A stretch of DNA of 58,283 bases, counting the filler, from Sphacelaria rigidula (taxonomy: Eukaryota): assembly GCA_964200075.2 (NCBI GenBank). It is 7 parts of 7 records of this genome, joined end to end, with 100 filler letters (N's around TTAATTAATTAA, not from the genome) between each part and the next. Parts side by side here need not be neighbours in the genome. Positions count along the whole stretch, not along the records: positions 33,364 to 41,603 come from CAXNAA020011810.1; positions 41,704 to 49,943 come from CAXNAA020011811.1; 5 more parts are not named here. One strand, 5' to 3'. Below are positions 34,852 through 48,037 of this stretch, one piece after another. Position numbers and translations under genes: made by a program. Numbering within the stretch: the stretch's first letter is position 1; each line of letters begins with the position of its first letter. The notes beneath the pieces are model-generated. The model saw nothing but the letters and a program-made list of their open reading frames with translations. It was not told where the DNA came from and did not search any database.

Positions 34852-37158
34852 GCGTGACTGCTGTAGGCACCGTCGGAGATGACGCCGACAAGCTCGTCGA
34901 CGTTTTATCGCCGCAATAGCCGTCCTCTTACATCCGAATATCCCGATTGGAAATGTTGTAACTGAACTCGTAACATCGCTGGTGCTGACAGTCACGGCCG
35001 CAGGTGTCCTTACTCGAAAACCTCTATGCTGTAGTGGGCAGACTGTTCGTCTGAACGCCCATGACTTGAGCAATTCGTGCCTGGTGGGTGCTGTGCCCCT
35101 TTCTCATTGCACACGAAGCAAGATGCACATTTCAAATGGCCGAAATATTGGCATAGGGATCGGAACGGTAGCCGCCAATACAGCCACCAAACGCCTTTTC
35201 AACGACCATGCTTCATATACACGGCGTTCGAACTACTTGAGGTAACCGGTCGTTGACCTCACCTGAACTTTGTCGGAACAGGGAGAAGTTATATCTTAAC
35301 CACATGGCCGTGTTTCAACCGATTAGTCCACAACATGGGAGAAATCCATCTCACGTTCGCGCGGTCGGGCTATAATTGTAATATGAACACTTCACATTCA
35401 GATAACCTGACGTGATGTGAAATGCGTCGGCTCCGAGTTCGAGATACCTCTGACGAGTCGGGGGGTCGATAAAAGAAGTATCTAGCACACTTGGATACTC
35501 GGTGAGGTGCGGTAGCACTGATTTCGTTGGTTTCGATTTTTACAAGGAACTGCGCAACTCGAGTTCAAGACATTTACAGTAGAGATCAACTGGAACTTTG
35601 AGTTCGAGATATCTTTACTCGAAAGCGTTTCTGGTTTGCAATCGCCAGCTTTTGTCCGGGGTGATTGATTCCGAAGAAGCAAGTAACCCTCACTCTCCAG
35701 GTAAGTGGTGCCAGCGGACTAATTAAACGCCCTTGCTCGTACCTTGTGTGCGTACTGGCAAGGCGGACCTACAAAACACCTCCGCTACATTCATCTGAAA
35801 TTGAACAGATCCCCACGTGGAGAATTTCTTACGCTTTGTTCCTTGATGCCGGGAGCACCGTCCACTGCGCTTTGTATATAGAGTGAGCCTATTGGTGAAC
35901 ATGGTGGTGCTCGGCGCCGCCGTACGCATGAACCTCACAAATGCCGCCAACATGGGCATTCGGGACGGTGGTCAGTTCACGGCGCGCGCTGGGTCGTTGA
36001 CATGATTCGATTTCGGCCGTTGATGATGATCTGATCGTTTCCTTCTTCATCCACTTCCCTTGTCTCTGCCATACTCCACGTGTGTACTTCCCGATGCACT
36101 TGGGGAACCGTCAGGTCGTGAACGAGGGAGCTGATGCGCGAGGCGTCGATGCAGAAGAATTATGTGAGTGACACTTGTTATGGGTCGTCAAATTCACTTT
36201 GAAAATCATTTGACCCCGAGGGTGGAGAACCTGATAATTAGGTACGGTATCATTCTCTTTCATTGGAAGGCCCAGATGCCTCGTCCCGCCGGTAATCACA
36301 GGGCAAACTTCTTCTCGCTGTTTGAAGAACGTTTGCCGCGCGGCGATGATGTTCCGCATTAACGCGCGACACCCCTCTTCGTTTATCACCTGGTATGCAG
36401 CCAAATCTCCGCCTAGGTTTTTGATGTGAATTTGCGTCAATATCTTCATCTGAGAAGTTATGTGCGCCTTCATTTTCTCCCTCATTTTTCCGAGGAGAGC
36501 GAAGGCGCTCCGTAAAGGGTAGGCTCAAAATACGGGCAGTTGAAGCGTCACTGTTCGTAGTACGCTGAGATATTCGTGGTTTTCGGCGGTCGACACTTCA
36601 GGTACTCTGTAACGCATTGGTCCCATTCCTTCACTTGCTGATTTCGACTGGCAACTACCTCACGCCATACACATCCGGACCCTGATGGTAGGCTCTAGTT
36701 CCGTACAGGTATGCGCGTTTTTCAAAATTGAACTCGATTTTTTTTCATGATTTCTTTTTTTTTAGTCCCTTTAGGTTCTTTGAGCGCAAAATAGGCGGGC
36801 TTTATGCTCGTTATTCCCGTCGTTGTTGTGGCGTTGTGGCAGCATCCCTTCCCGAGGCGCACGTGTTATCATGAGGACAAGACGACAAGTTGGGCATTCG
36901 AAGTTGTGTTGATGTATAGCGAAGAAATGAAGCTCTTCGCTGCAGGTGTTATTGATTTTTGAGACCACAACCTGCACACCAACACCCCCACCCACGTGTG
37001 GAAACAACAAACGCCAGTACACTGACGATATTTGAAACAACAGTACGGCATTGTAGCCTCTAGGCTCGGGGGATTGCAGCCTTTGACCTCTCGCCCGGCA
37101 AGCTACAAGCCTCAAGCTACCACCACCACTTCCCCCCCGCATCATCTATCTTGTCGAA

Positions 37159-37440
37159 CTACTGGTATCGATTGTACTTGATCATGAATGCGGACTCGAT
37201 CCGGTCACCTCACGCCTTCTCCTGCCGGGAGTTGAAGGACCCCCTCATAAGCGAAAACGCTCGCTCCATGGACGCCGACGATTGCTGGATAGGTGCAATA
37301 TCCATCGCCACGAGATACTAACTGGGAAGCCTGTTCTTGTTAACATCTCGAAACGACAGCAAACCGTACTCCGACTGCGCGCCTGAGGCCGCGACTAAGA
37401 AGTTGTCTTTCTCTGACAGTAGGCCCGCCATGATCTCGTC
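37159..37440 (-). pseudogene. hAT transposase C-terminal dimerisation-domain relic
   Basis: Translates to DEIMAGLLSEKDNFLVAA...NKNRLPS*YLVAMDIAPIQQSSASMERAFSLMRGSFNSRQEKA*GDRIESAFMIKYNRYQ*. It carries the hAT SSAxxERxFS motif and two in-frame stops. Confidence 0.8.
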
Positions 37441-38508
37441 AGTTACAAACGCTGTCGTCACTCGTTGTCACTTCTCTCTGTTGGTGCTGCTGTTACTACC
37501 GCTCTCTCCTGTCCGCTGTACAAGTACCGAGTGTATTATCTATTTGATACATTATGAATTTTCGAAAGCAACATAGTACCGTGTGTATTGATACAAAGTC
37601 GAGCAGCCTGCTCATCAGACCCGCAACAAAAAAAGAACACGGAACATGACACTAAAAATTTTGAGTATTTTTTGGTGTTTGAGCCTGAAGCCTAACGTCT
37701 GTCGGCCTGTCTGATGACGTGAACCCAGCTCTGGCAAAGAGCTCGCGGAGGCTGCAGAATGTAGGTTGAACACTTGCTTGTGCAAGTAAAGAAATTGGTG
37801 TGAACTCGGCGCTCACTTGGCCGACTTCGAATCAAACACAATGGGTCCCTACTCTACAGAAAACTGATGAGCTGGTGGGCACACTTCGGTGGGTCGCTTT
37901 GGAGGGTAATAGCGTAGGGCTTTGTCAGTCTCTCGACAAAATATCACCGCTTATCCAAACTGTTCCTGCTTGGACTACTCTGAAAAAATGCTGGGTTTCT
38001 GTGAAGGAGCTATAGAGTGCGTGAGTTATTCATGATTCTATGAGACGAATATATCACCTCTTCGGTTACTACTACGATCTCTCTAACTTTGAAGATGAAC
38101 TGGTTTCGCCGCTAATATCGAGTATGTAGATTCGCTACTGATATTTTTTCAAATCCCAACGCAGGGAAGAAAAGTGAAGACATTTTTCTAGTGACGACTA
38201 GCTTTTTTTTGTCACGTCAACAAGGTAGGTGAGCATGCCCTTTCGAGACTTGTCCTCTCCAACTTTTTCACGTGAAACTGCTCACAGGATGGCAATCTCG
38301 GCACTCCTGCGAACTGTGATGGCATTATTTCTGAAGAGTATTATTGCACGCACTCAAAGGGTTGTTCAGTTGCAGCAGTCACTGTATCATTTTTACGGCC
38401 AACGTATTACAGTCGAATCAATTCGACCAAACCAACGATCTGGTGTTATTCTCCTTGAAGTATGCTAGCTGACGCGCAGTTCACATGAGGTCCGACATAT
38501 TGATACCC

Positions 38509-38713
38509 TGTAATGCGTGAGAGGACCGCGTGCTTGGTGGACCGCATCGGAATCTAAGCACCCCCATGGTTGGGGTTAGTGTTAGTGTTGGGGTTTTGGT
38601 CAGGGGCGTGGTACCTGCAGGGACTGGTCTGGTTGATTTCGAAAAACGTCGATCCTGAGGTATTTTGAACTTTGGCGCGGTCCTCTACGCACGCGGTCCT
38701 CTCACGCATTACA
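38509..38713 (-). mobile_element. MITE family B copy, opposite orientation
   Basis: Same 25-bp TIR. Flanks accc/acac match at 3/4, and the interior is the reverse complement of 34641-34851. Confidence 0.88.
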
Positions 38714-41603
38714 ACACATCCACGAGTCTCAGATTTCATTCGGCTGCGTTTCAATGGCATGCTTGGCTTCGGAATATCCCCACTGGGTCTCGCATGCAAA
38801 GCTCTTTATCTTGAAGTCGAAGCAGAAGGGTCTCCTAGCTAGGCAGTAAAGTACGTCGTACTCGACCCCGAAAGAGGGAGATGGTTAACCTGTCGCACTC
38901 CCCCTGAGAAGTCCTCCCTCTTCCAATTTTTTGTTCTCATCAGGGAGCAAACTAGTCTGGCCGTCCGGCGTCAACCCCAAGAAGCTTTCCGAGATTTTCA
39001 ACGAGAAGACCCAAGTGCTCTGCGATGGCTGCGACGAAACCTTCGACTTCGAGGAGGATGACACGTCGTTCTCCTTCAATTACGATGTCTAAATTCACGG
39101 GCTGTCGTTAGTATCTCCTTGTCCGATCTTGGGATGCAGATCTGTCGACAGCGAAATTTTGCAGCTGTTCGTCGAGAAGTCGTGAAAATCTGAGTGCGCT
39201 GGATGATTGCCAACCTGATCGTGTCAGATGTTGAAGCGGACTATCTCATCGAAAGTTCGGAAGTTCGGATTCCAAGAGTAATGATTGATGCTGATGGTGA
39301 AACGTGAACGACAAGATTTGGGTGGCAAGTAATGACGGTCCTTGTTTTTTCTGGGGTGGACGACGGTAGCCGGGTTCGGGGATTGGAGGTTTTTCATTAG
39401 TTCGGCTTGCGGCGGCCGTGTACAGCGTATTGAATGCAGGTGGTCGTGCGGTGGCGGTATACGTATATATTTATATATCTTTGAATGTATGCAATTTGAC
39501 CTTTTGTAGCGTTCCGCATACCCTGGACTCGTGTGTACTGTAACAATATGATGATTGAGTTGGCCGGCACGAAAACTTAACGGCTCCGTGTAGTTCTATC
39601 CGGTACACGGTGTTTTGAAATCAACCCTCCGCCAGGTATCATGATGCATTTGCTCACAGTGAGGAAACGCCCAGTACGAGCCTTTGTTTTCCCGCGCGGG
39701 AGTTGACCAAGACACTTTCGAGGGGTCGCGAACGATATCCGTTCATCGATTGGCAACAAGGGATACTTGCGATGTTGTCATTGTTGGTGCCTCGCGTCCT
39801 GTGATGTCATTTCATGCTTGGGCGCTCCGTGCGGTAGTGTTGTAGATGTTTCGCTGTAGTGTTGTGCGTGCATCAGGAGTGTCGAGGAGTGATGCTGCGA
39901 TAGGGTGAGCATTTTTGTGGCCAAAACCGAGGTGATTCAGGGGTTCCTTAAAGTAGTATCTACACAAGAATATGGGTGAGGATATTCCCGTTTGCAAATT
40001 CATTCGGGATATCCCTAGCAAATTGGGAGAAAACCCTGGCGTACCCTCACCTATTTCGAAAGTCGTGTTTTGGATAAGATGAGGGGTTCCAAGCAATTCT
40101 TATCAGGGCCGTAAAAGTGCTGACCCCATCCCAGCATCACTCCGAGTGTCGTCAGAACTCATCCCCGTGTTCTCTGGGGTTCTTTCGGGAGCTTGGAATG
40201 TCGCAGCAACGGGCGTTCAAGCATCTGGGGGAAATTTCGAGGGAAGGAACGAGCAATATTACCTTCGACTCTACGTCAACAAGCCACATTTAGTTTATCG
40301 GCAATCCCTGGATGCCGACAACTCACGCAGAGGATTTGAGGTGGAGAATGAGAAAACTCGCGTCGATGTGCACCATCTCCGGTTGGTCGTTTGTATAGCG
40401 CGTTTTACGGGTTCCGTCTCATCTGCCCCTGGCGACTTTGTGTAGCCGAGAACTCGTCGGGGTATGATGAGGGCATGGCGTGAAGTGGAATGTTGGGTGG
40501 TGGTGGTTTACAGTCGTACATGCCTCGTGTCTCTTAGCTGCATTTATTGTTGTGATAGCAACGAACTTTCCATCGCCGCGACCAGTTAGCCTTGTTGAAG
40601 TGATCGTGGCTTGTAAGATAAGAGGAAAACAGTTCGTTTAGTGTATGTGACTTGGAAGAGTTTCGTAGTACCAGATCACTGCGGACTCTTTTGCCCTCTT
40701 TGCGAGACAGGACAGGGCCAGTGTGTGTGGCGTGAAGAGACGAGTATAACACTAGCGAGATATCGAGGTGTTTCGTTGTAACAACGATTTATTGTTGATG
40801 ATTATTTCATTTGTAGGAGTTGAATCTACTTCACTGAACATGTGGTTATTTTCTAGAGCTGTGAACTGGCTGATCTGGCCAGTCAAGTTGAAACTGGCCG
40901 CTGGCGCAACCAGTACATCGGTTGTTTTCAACTTGATGGCGAGCGTCTCCGCCGGTCGCCGCCAACGCCCCCCCCCCCCGCTGGTGAGGGAGCCCCGCGG
41001 GAGCGCTGCCGGAGGCCAGAAAAATTGCGTTATTTGACTTGTTTTTCTTGACGGTTGGGACAAATCAAGATTTATACGAGTTGACTCCCGATGAACGTTC
41101 GAGGACAAGTCGTGGACGTGTGAGTCATCCTTCAAGTCACGGGGGTATGAAGTTGTATACTCGAGGTAATGCACCAGTAACGAGCTGGACATCTGCCCTC
41201 GACCGCATTGTGTAATGCGACCGAGAGTTGGAAAGCATATACGGGTCATGGTTCATGTACGTGTGATGACTGATCGAAAACACGTACTCCTTTTACACCC
41301 CCCATGAAGCCAAGGTTGAGTAATATGTATTCATTCAGTGGCGTTCATCGAAGGGTGAGGCGTATTCATCTCTACCTTAATCTCAGACGCACCGAAGGGG
41401 GACAATCTCCATGACTTTATCACCGAATCTGTCATCTCGCACAAATCAAGAGAAATTATTGTGTACCCAGGAGTCATCCGGCATACACTCTGAGGGGAAA
41501 TAGTCATGGTGAATGTAACATACTCACGATGGACAGTGTTGGAAATATGCACAGCCTGGCTGCTTGCATTGTGTGAGTTTTTACTCTGGTAGCAAATTAG
41601 CGG

Positions 41604-41703
41604 NNNNNNNNNNNNNNNNNNNNNNNNNNNNNNNNNNNNNNNNNNNNTTAATTAATTAANNNNNNNNNNNNNNNNNNNNNNNNNNNNNNNNNNNNNNNNN
41701 NNN
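41604..41703. other. Artificial contig linker
   Basis: N44-TTAATTAATTAA-N44. Confidence 0.98.
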
Positions 41704-42002
41704 CCCGGCCTGCCTCCCTCTTGACAGTGTGCCTCCCTCGCCCCCCCCCGGGTCGCCCGAGTCGTATTGCTACCCTAATCTACTGCCTGTCGTTGCTTTC
41801 TTCCAGGTTTTTTTTTTCGTCTCGTTTGTTTTGGCCGGGGGAGATGCGGCGAAAATTTACAACTTGCGCAATCGCCATGGTGATCACTTATACGAACGGA
41901 TAGAGAAATGAGGCTCATGCATTTAAAGGTCTACGTCCAATCCCTACCTTGCACGCTTGTTTTTTTCTGCTCGTGGTGTACATGTAAAACACCGTTCTCT
42001 TC

Positions 42003-42225
42003 ACACCGGCGGATTTGTGCTACATTTTTGTCTGGCTGTTATAGCAACGTGATCATCCACACTGCAGATATGCTCATTGGACACTAGGATCCGGGTTCAT
42101 CCTGTGCCTCACACGCTTGGTTTTTTTGCTCGCGGTGTCTAAGTAGAACATCGTTTTGTTTACACCGGTGGATTCGTGCTACATTGTGTCTGGCTGTTAT
42201 GGCAACGTGATCATATACGGCTGCG
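42003..42225. repeat. Direct duplication, ~60-bp core repeated at 159-bp spacing
   Basis: acaccgg.ggatt.gtgctacatt..tgtctggctgttat.gcaacgtgatcat at 42003 and 42162. Confidence 0.8.
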
Positions 42226-42890
42226 TTCACGACCGTTCGAACGTGCTTTGAACTTACATGTACATAGTCAGTCTTTTCGCTCTACTGATGATTTCCTGTG
42301 TTGACGGTAACGTTTAAGTCAGACCAGTGAACGGCGGGCGTGATTTACCCAACTCGGGGGGATAAATGCATAGGTTGTCGCTTCTCACTCGATGTACGAG
42401 GACGGCTCGTGTCGCGAGTGTGTGAGCTTGAGAGGGATTTCCTTTATAGCGATCTACAATTCCGATTGTTTTCCTTCGATTCTGTACTGTTATTCTTTCT
42501 CTTGATATGTTCAACGCTACACCTTCTTGAGGTGTGCAATCGATTCTTTCTTCCCAAGTTGTGTTACCCTTTCCACATCCCTCAACTCATTTCTGCTAGT
42601 GAAATGCGCATCCCAACATTTATTTCATGTTCGGCGACACATCACTACACATACCCTCTTCCAACCAAGATATACCGTTCATCATGACAAAACGGGAAGA
42701 GTGGAATACAATCGACCTGACAACGGCAACACGGATACTCTATTACAAACAAATGATGGTGCTTCCGTCCCTATAACCGTCACCACCCATAACCCGCCTT
42801 CTCCTTCTCAAGCTCCTTACTTCACAAAGAAACAGAAGGGCTCGGCTGTTCAAAACGCGTCAGGCATGACCCGCTAAAAAAGGGACCGCC

Positions 42891-43225
42891 GCCGGCCGAA
42901 GGCCGGCAAGGGACCTTGTAATGAAATAATAAATCAACGCCAGCTTCGACGAGCGGAACAAAGTCTCCATTTTGCATCAATACCTACCAACTTTTCAATT
43001 TTTATCATTCTGCGGCCCCGACCACGCACGTATGCGTCTACTTCTCTGGTACTACTCCTGTAACTGCATCAACAACAGTTGTTTTCAATCAACAACATAA
43101 TAAATTCCACTAATCACCACCTACAACACGCTAAATTACGAATACTACTACAGCAGTTGACATCGCATGCATCCTACGAGCGAAGCGGCGGGCCGCGTAA
43201 GCGGCCCGCCGAGAAGCGCCCTTGT
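42891..43225 (+). mobile_element. Two Helitron-like 3' termini (GC-rich hairpin followed by CTTG|T)
   Basis: gccggcc-gaa-ggccggc (42891-42907) is followed by CTTG at 42915-42918, and cggcgggccgc-gtaa-gcggcccgccg (43186-43211) is followed by CTTG at 43221-43224. Confidence 0.5.
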
Positions 43226-46200
43226 ACTTATATTGCGCTAATTTGGGAAACGGGAAAAGTAATCTCGTGCTGGAGAAATGTCAACTTTTAGGATGACCAA
43301 GCTGTGCGTAGCAGTACAGTAGTTGTATTTGTTCGCATTCAATGGTTTTTATGCGGCCATGTCTGTCTTGCATTTTACAGCGCAGCAGCGCCGATCGAGA
43401 AGTCGGAAACTGAGAACCCATCCGATGAGTGGAGGATGGTTGGGATTGTGCAGAACAACAATCCGTGTTGATCCAGTGGTGAATGCCTCCAGTTAAAAGA
43501 AACTCATCATGATCACTAATAGATCGTTCGTGGCCGGTGCACTTTTTTTATGAAGCCAAGGTTACAGATGTACGGTAATACCCAGCAAACGTTCGATCCC
43601 TCTCCTCTTTTAGTAGTCGACCACAGGCTTTTCTCTGCATGCTGGAATTTTCCGCAATTGGGCTGGCTTGCCGCTGCTCCGCAGCTTTCACGTAGTTTCA
43701 CTCTGTCTTGTTTTGTGTCGGGAAGGGGATGGATCCACACGTGGCACAACGACGGGTGCTTAAATTTCAGCTAGGGCTATATCTAGAGGAATTCTGGCGG
43801 GAGTTCTAATGAGACGGGAAGGATTCAACCTTCCCATGCCGTCCCGTTGCTCTTCAGGGGCGGGCTTTCGGTCCGTTCCGCCCCGATGGAATCCCAACTT
43901 TTCCCATCCTCTCCCGTTTTGGAGGGTAACGGGAAAAGCTTGCATCGAATCCGGACGCCTTCTTATTTTTCTCCCTGTCTTATCCTTTCCTTCTTTTCCT
44001 ATTGTACTGCACGGAGCACCCTGTCCCGCCCGCAAGGGATCTCTTGTCAAAGAGGAGAATTCCTGTCTAACCTCATAGAAAACACAAAATATTCAGGAGG
44101 TATATCCGGCTATTTTCCAGGTAGGGGGCATGTTACTACAAAGCGTGTTTGACATCAACTGTTTGCGTAATGCCAGCGCTTTTCTTACCGCTGTCGACTT
44201 AATTCCACCCTCACAGTACAGCGGTCACTGCTTATATCAACCGCGGGATATGATCTTCAAGCTCATTCGTCCAAAATCAATCGGGGAAAGTCGCAGCACC
44301 CCGCCTCCTGCGTCTAGAGCATATTTGAAGGACTAGAGCTCAATGCACGAGGCACTTTCAAATATGGAGTAAGGCACCGAGGAGACCAACACCCCACCCA
44401 ACGTGCCGGCGTTTTCACCTCAATTTCGTACTGAAGATAACCCTACCCCAGGGCTTGTCCGACTATTGAGTATAGCTCCCTCGAGGAAATCCGTGAATAC
44501 GGGAGACAGCGTCTAGTACGAGATTTAAGAGCACCCTCCCGAGGGTATCGCCTCCCAACGCGTGAGTACCCGGGTTTGTTATACTTCGGAGAAGTTCCTC
44601 AGGGCATCGAATATTGCGCTTTGCGCTGCTTATGTTCGCAACAGGCCACTTGGAGAGTGTTCTTCAATGTAGGCACGTGTTCCCGTAGCGAGAGAAAGGG
44701 GTGATATCCAGCGTTTTGGGTGGGAAGTAAGAACGGAAAAGACGGCACGAGGCCCAGTGAGCGCAGCCCATAATGCACTTGGTGAGACGTCACGGCAGCG
44801 CGGCAGGTGTTTTCGGCCAGTGAACATTCCTGCATAGGTTCCAGGGGCATTGGTGGCTCGTGGGCGAAGTAATGGATATGCGCATAGCTGAGCGGGGAGA
44901 GAATTCCTGCCGGCGCAGGGTTTCATCGCGGGAAAAAAGAGTGATTCGCCAGGATCTCCTGCCTGATAGAGTATGCCCCTCGTGGAGATCTCGCTTCGCA
45001 CAGAGCACTAATCCTCCAAACGAGCATGTCATCCTGACGCATGAACGTCCATCTGTCGATGAATACCTTTGTGCATCTAAAGTCATGTATCAGTGGGGTT
45101 TTATGGACGTTTTGCGACGGAAGAATTCCCCAGACAGGGTGATCCAGCTGTTTGATAGTCGTCGTGACATCACTTGTCCCTTCTCGACGTTTCGCTCCGC
45201 ATCGGGCACTGTGCCACGAACAAAGCACAGCCGTCCGGCGGGTAAGTGTAGAGCTGGAAAGTATGACCTTTGTTCATCGGTACATTTTTGTATCGACGAA
45301 GTTGCAGCATGCCAAGCCACTGTGCTTCGCACGCATGAGGTTGAATCCCGCTGCTGCGGCCAATGTAGCTATAATAGTACTTTGCTAGGGTCATATGGTG
45401 TGACTACGTCCTGCGGCCAAAGGAAGTGATCTCCGCTTCTTCCTGAAGAAAGTCGCTGTCGTAGCTCCGCTGCCGAAGAATCTCCGAAGCGACGGATATT
45501 TTCTCTCTTCATATTTTGGACCAGGGTTGCCGGTGATCCCGGGTGAAGAGCACTTGAACCGAGCTTGTACAAGGTGCAGAGCACAGTGTACCCGTGTTTG
45601 CGTTCTCACGGTGGCTCTGTACAGTCGAAATCTTGCAGCTGTACTGTGGGACCCGGTTACCTAAGGATGCTAGAGATCCGTGTGTATAGATGTGGGGGTT
45701 TGGGCACCCGCTACTCAGGTTCTGGCACACTCATCTCCTGTGACGTACTCTTGTCCGATGTACATGTGTATACAGCATATACTCATCATTTTGGAATATA
45801 GTGTGGCTTCCACAGTATGTTGTAGATATGCACCATATCCGCACACATAGCCGAGGTGTACACATTTCCAACGCACACTAGGGCTCCATGGGTGTGGCTT
45901 TGGGGTAAGGGTGATGTCTAGAGATTCAGGGGTTTATTATTTGCATAGTGCACGCGCGCACGCAGTACCACACACGCGAGGTGAAATCCCCGATGTTGAT
46001 GTTTTATGAACAAAGGGCTTCCATGCCCTTGTATCGACACCCGGGTGGAGACGTACTTTTTTCGAAGAGTTCTCGGTCCCCGATCCCGATTCAAAGTGTA
46101 CACCGAAGAACATTCTCGTGATATGCAGATGGCGAGTACTTGGGTGTAAAAAAAGATGTAGTCGACTGAGTTTGTTTGACGAGAGTTGACGCGGTGCGGG

Positions 46201-48037
46201 AGTGCCCACCCAATCCACGAGACGGAAATGCAAGGCGTGTACCGGCAAGAGATGGATCGATCTCTTGGTGTCATTTTGTTATTCCCGTGAAGTACTTGGG
46301 TAGGACTGTATTATAGGCACAAAAACAGCAGAACAGGCTCTTCTGATGAACGTGGAGGATAGAGAGTGCGCTCACGGGGGTGGTCTAGGCGCAGCGATGC
46401 GCCCGCAAACCAGCTTAGCCCAATGTATGTCCTATATTCATCCTCCATTACCAGACCACAAAGCCCCCTTTCCTGGCCTAGCTAACCACAAGCTCCTCAA
46501 ATGCTCAGTTCACCCGCTAAATTTTGGATTCGAACTGCGGTTCCTGAGAGCTGGCCTCTCCCAATGCCACAAATCCCTTTCGACTCCTACCGTGCCATAC
46601 CCGTCCGTCATTCAGCTACGATTTCCGTACGGCGAGGAGGTTCAAACATATTTATGATAACTCTCATTTCACCAAGCTGTAATCACGACCACCTGTGCTG
46701 TTCTACGACGCTAACCTACCACACTTGTTTCAGCCCCAGATTATTTTAGCCGTCCGAGGCCAGCTTCATCGACACGTACCCTTTATTTCCGTAGCTGAAC
46801 CCAGATGTCCGTATTCGCAAACACCTCTGAGGAGGCCGCTCACCGGAGAATATAAACACTTCGGCGCAAACACTCCGATGTGCTGACTGTACGATATGCG
46901 TGCCCGGTATGCATTTCAGTACATATTGTTGAAGTAAAATGTGTCTCCGCCAGGCGTCCCACAAAAGAGTGATCGATCGATGTGCTCTCGTGATATTGTT
47001 TGTCCGATATGTTACTCGCCAAACGTGCGCAGTACATGCTTGAGGGGAAGTATATTGCATTGTTTTGATCTGTTCGCCCGGTATGTGTCGAATCCATGTC
47101 GACCAGTCGAAGATGCGGAAATTTCGTGCAACCAGGCGTGCTGGTTGCTTTTTTCATTGGGTGCTGCTCAGTTGCTCTTTTTGGTTGATATGTCTTCGTA
47201 TTTTTGGATGTTCGCTACCATGGCACGGCGCACATGTCAGGTTCTGTGGTTACGTTCGTTGCAAGTGTCGTTGCTGCCCGTTGTATGTGATCATCGGTTA
47301 TTATCCTGTTGTTCATGCGTCAATGCATCGCTGGCGGACATTCTTCTCTCGGCGCTTTTGTCTCGGGGTATCGATACATTTCCTCGTGGGGATGAGGCGG
47401 AATGGGAATCCCTCCCCGTCCCGTCCCGATAAACCCCAATTTTCCCGTCCCGCTCCGTGTTATTTGAGCGACGGCAAAGGCCTCCATCCTGACATGCCCC
47501 GTTCAGTTTTCCCAAGACACGCTGCTAGTTTCGTACCTCGTTGACTGCTTGGCCGCCACAAACGAAAATATCGGAAATCCTGTGGACATACCTGTGATAT
47601 TTACTGTACAAGAGTGCTGTGACGGAGAGGGCCCGGTACAACACTGTTTGTAGCACAGGGGAGGGAAACACAGGTTTTGAGCGACGTATGGTGATGCGGC
47701 GAACTTTAGAGCATCAACGGCAAGTGCGGCCTACAGAACGCCCATTTTGATGCCACACGCGTTCACTCTTCAGCTGATATGAAGGGGACCGAAATGGTCG
47801 TGTTGTTACCTTCAATGATCACAGTGTTGGTCGCGATGCTGTACTTATACTTTACACATTGCAACTTGCGCCGGATGCGCTGTTGATGGAGAGCTCCCAC
47901 AATGACAAGTTGGCCACATGCAAAACTCCCGTGAAAATGAGAAGGCGGTTGATATGACACCGTTCACATTACGCGTGAGTCTCCTCAACCCCAAGAACCC
48001 ACGCCTTGCTTCGCTTTCTCGGATCGCCCGCACCTAG

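Noticed and set aside
46941-47432. Candidate signal/transit-peptide exon of the fibrillin
   Set aside because: No convincing signal peptide with an ASAF-type motif, or in-phase donor, could be identified.
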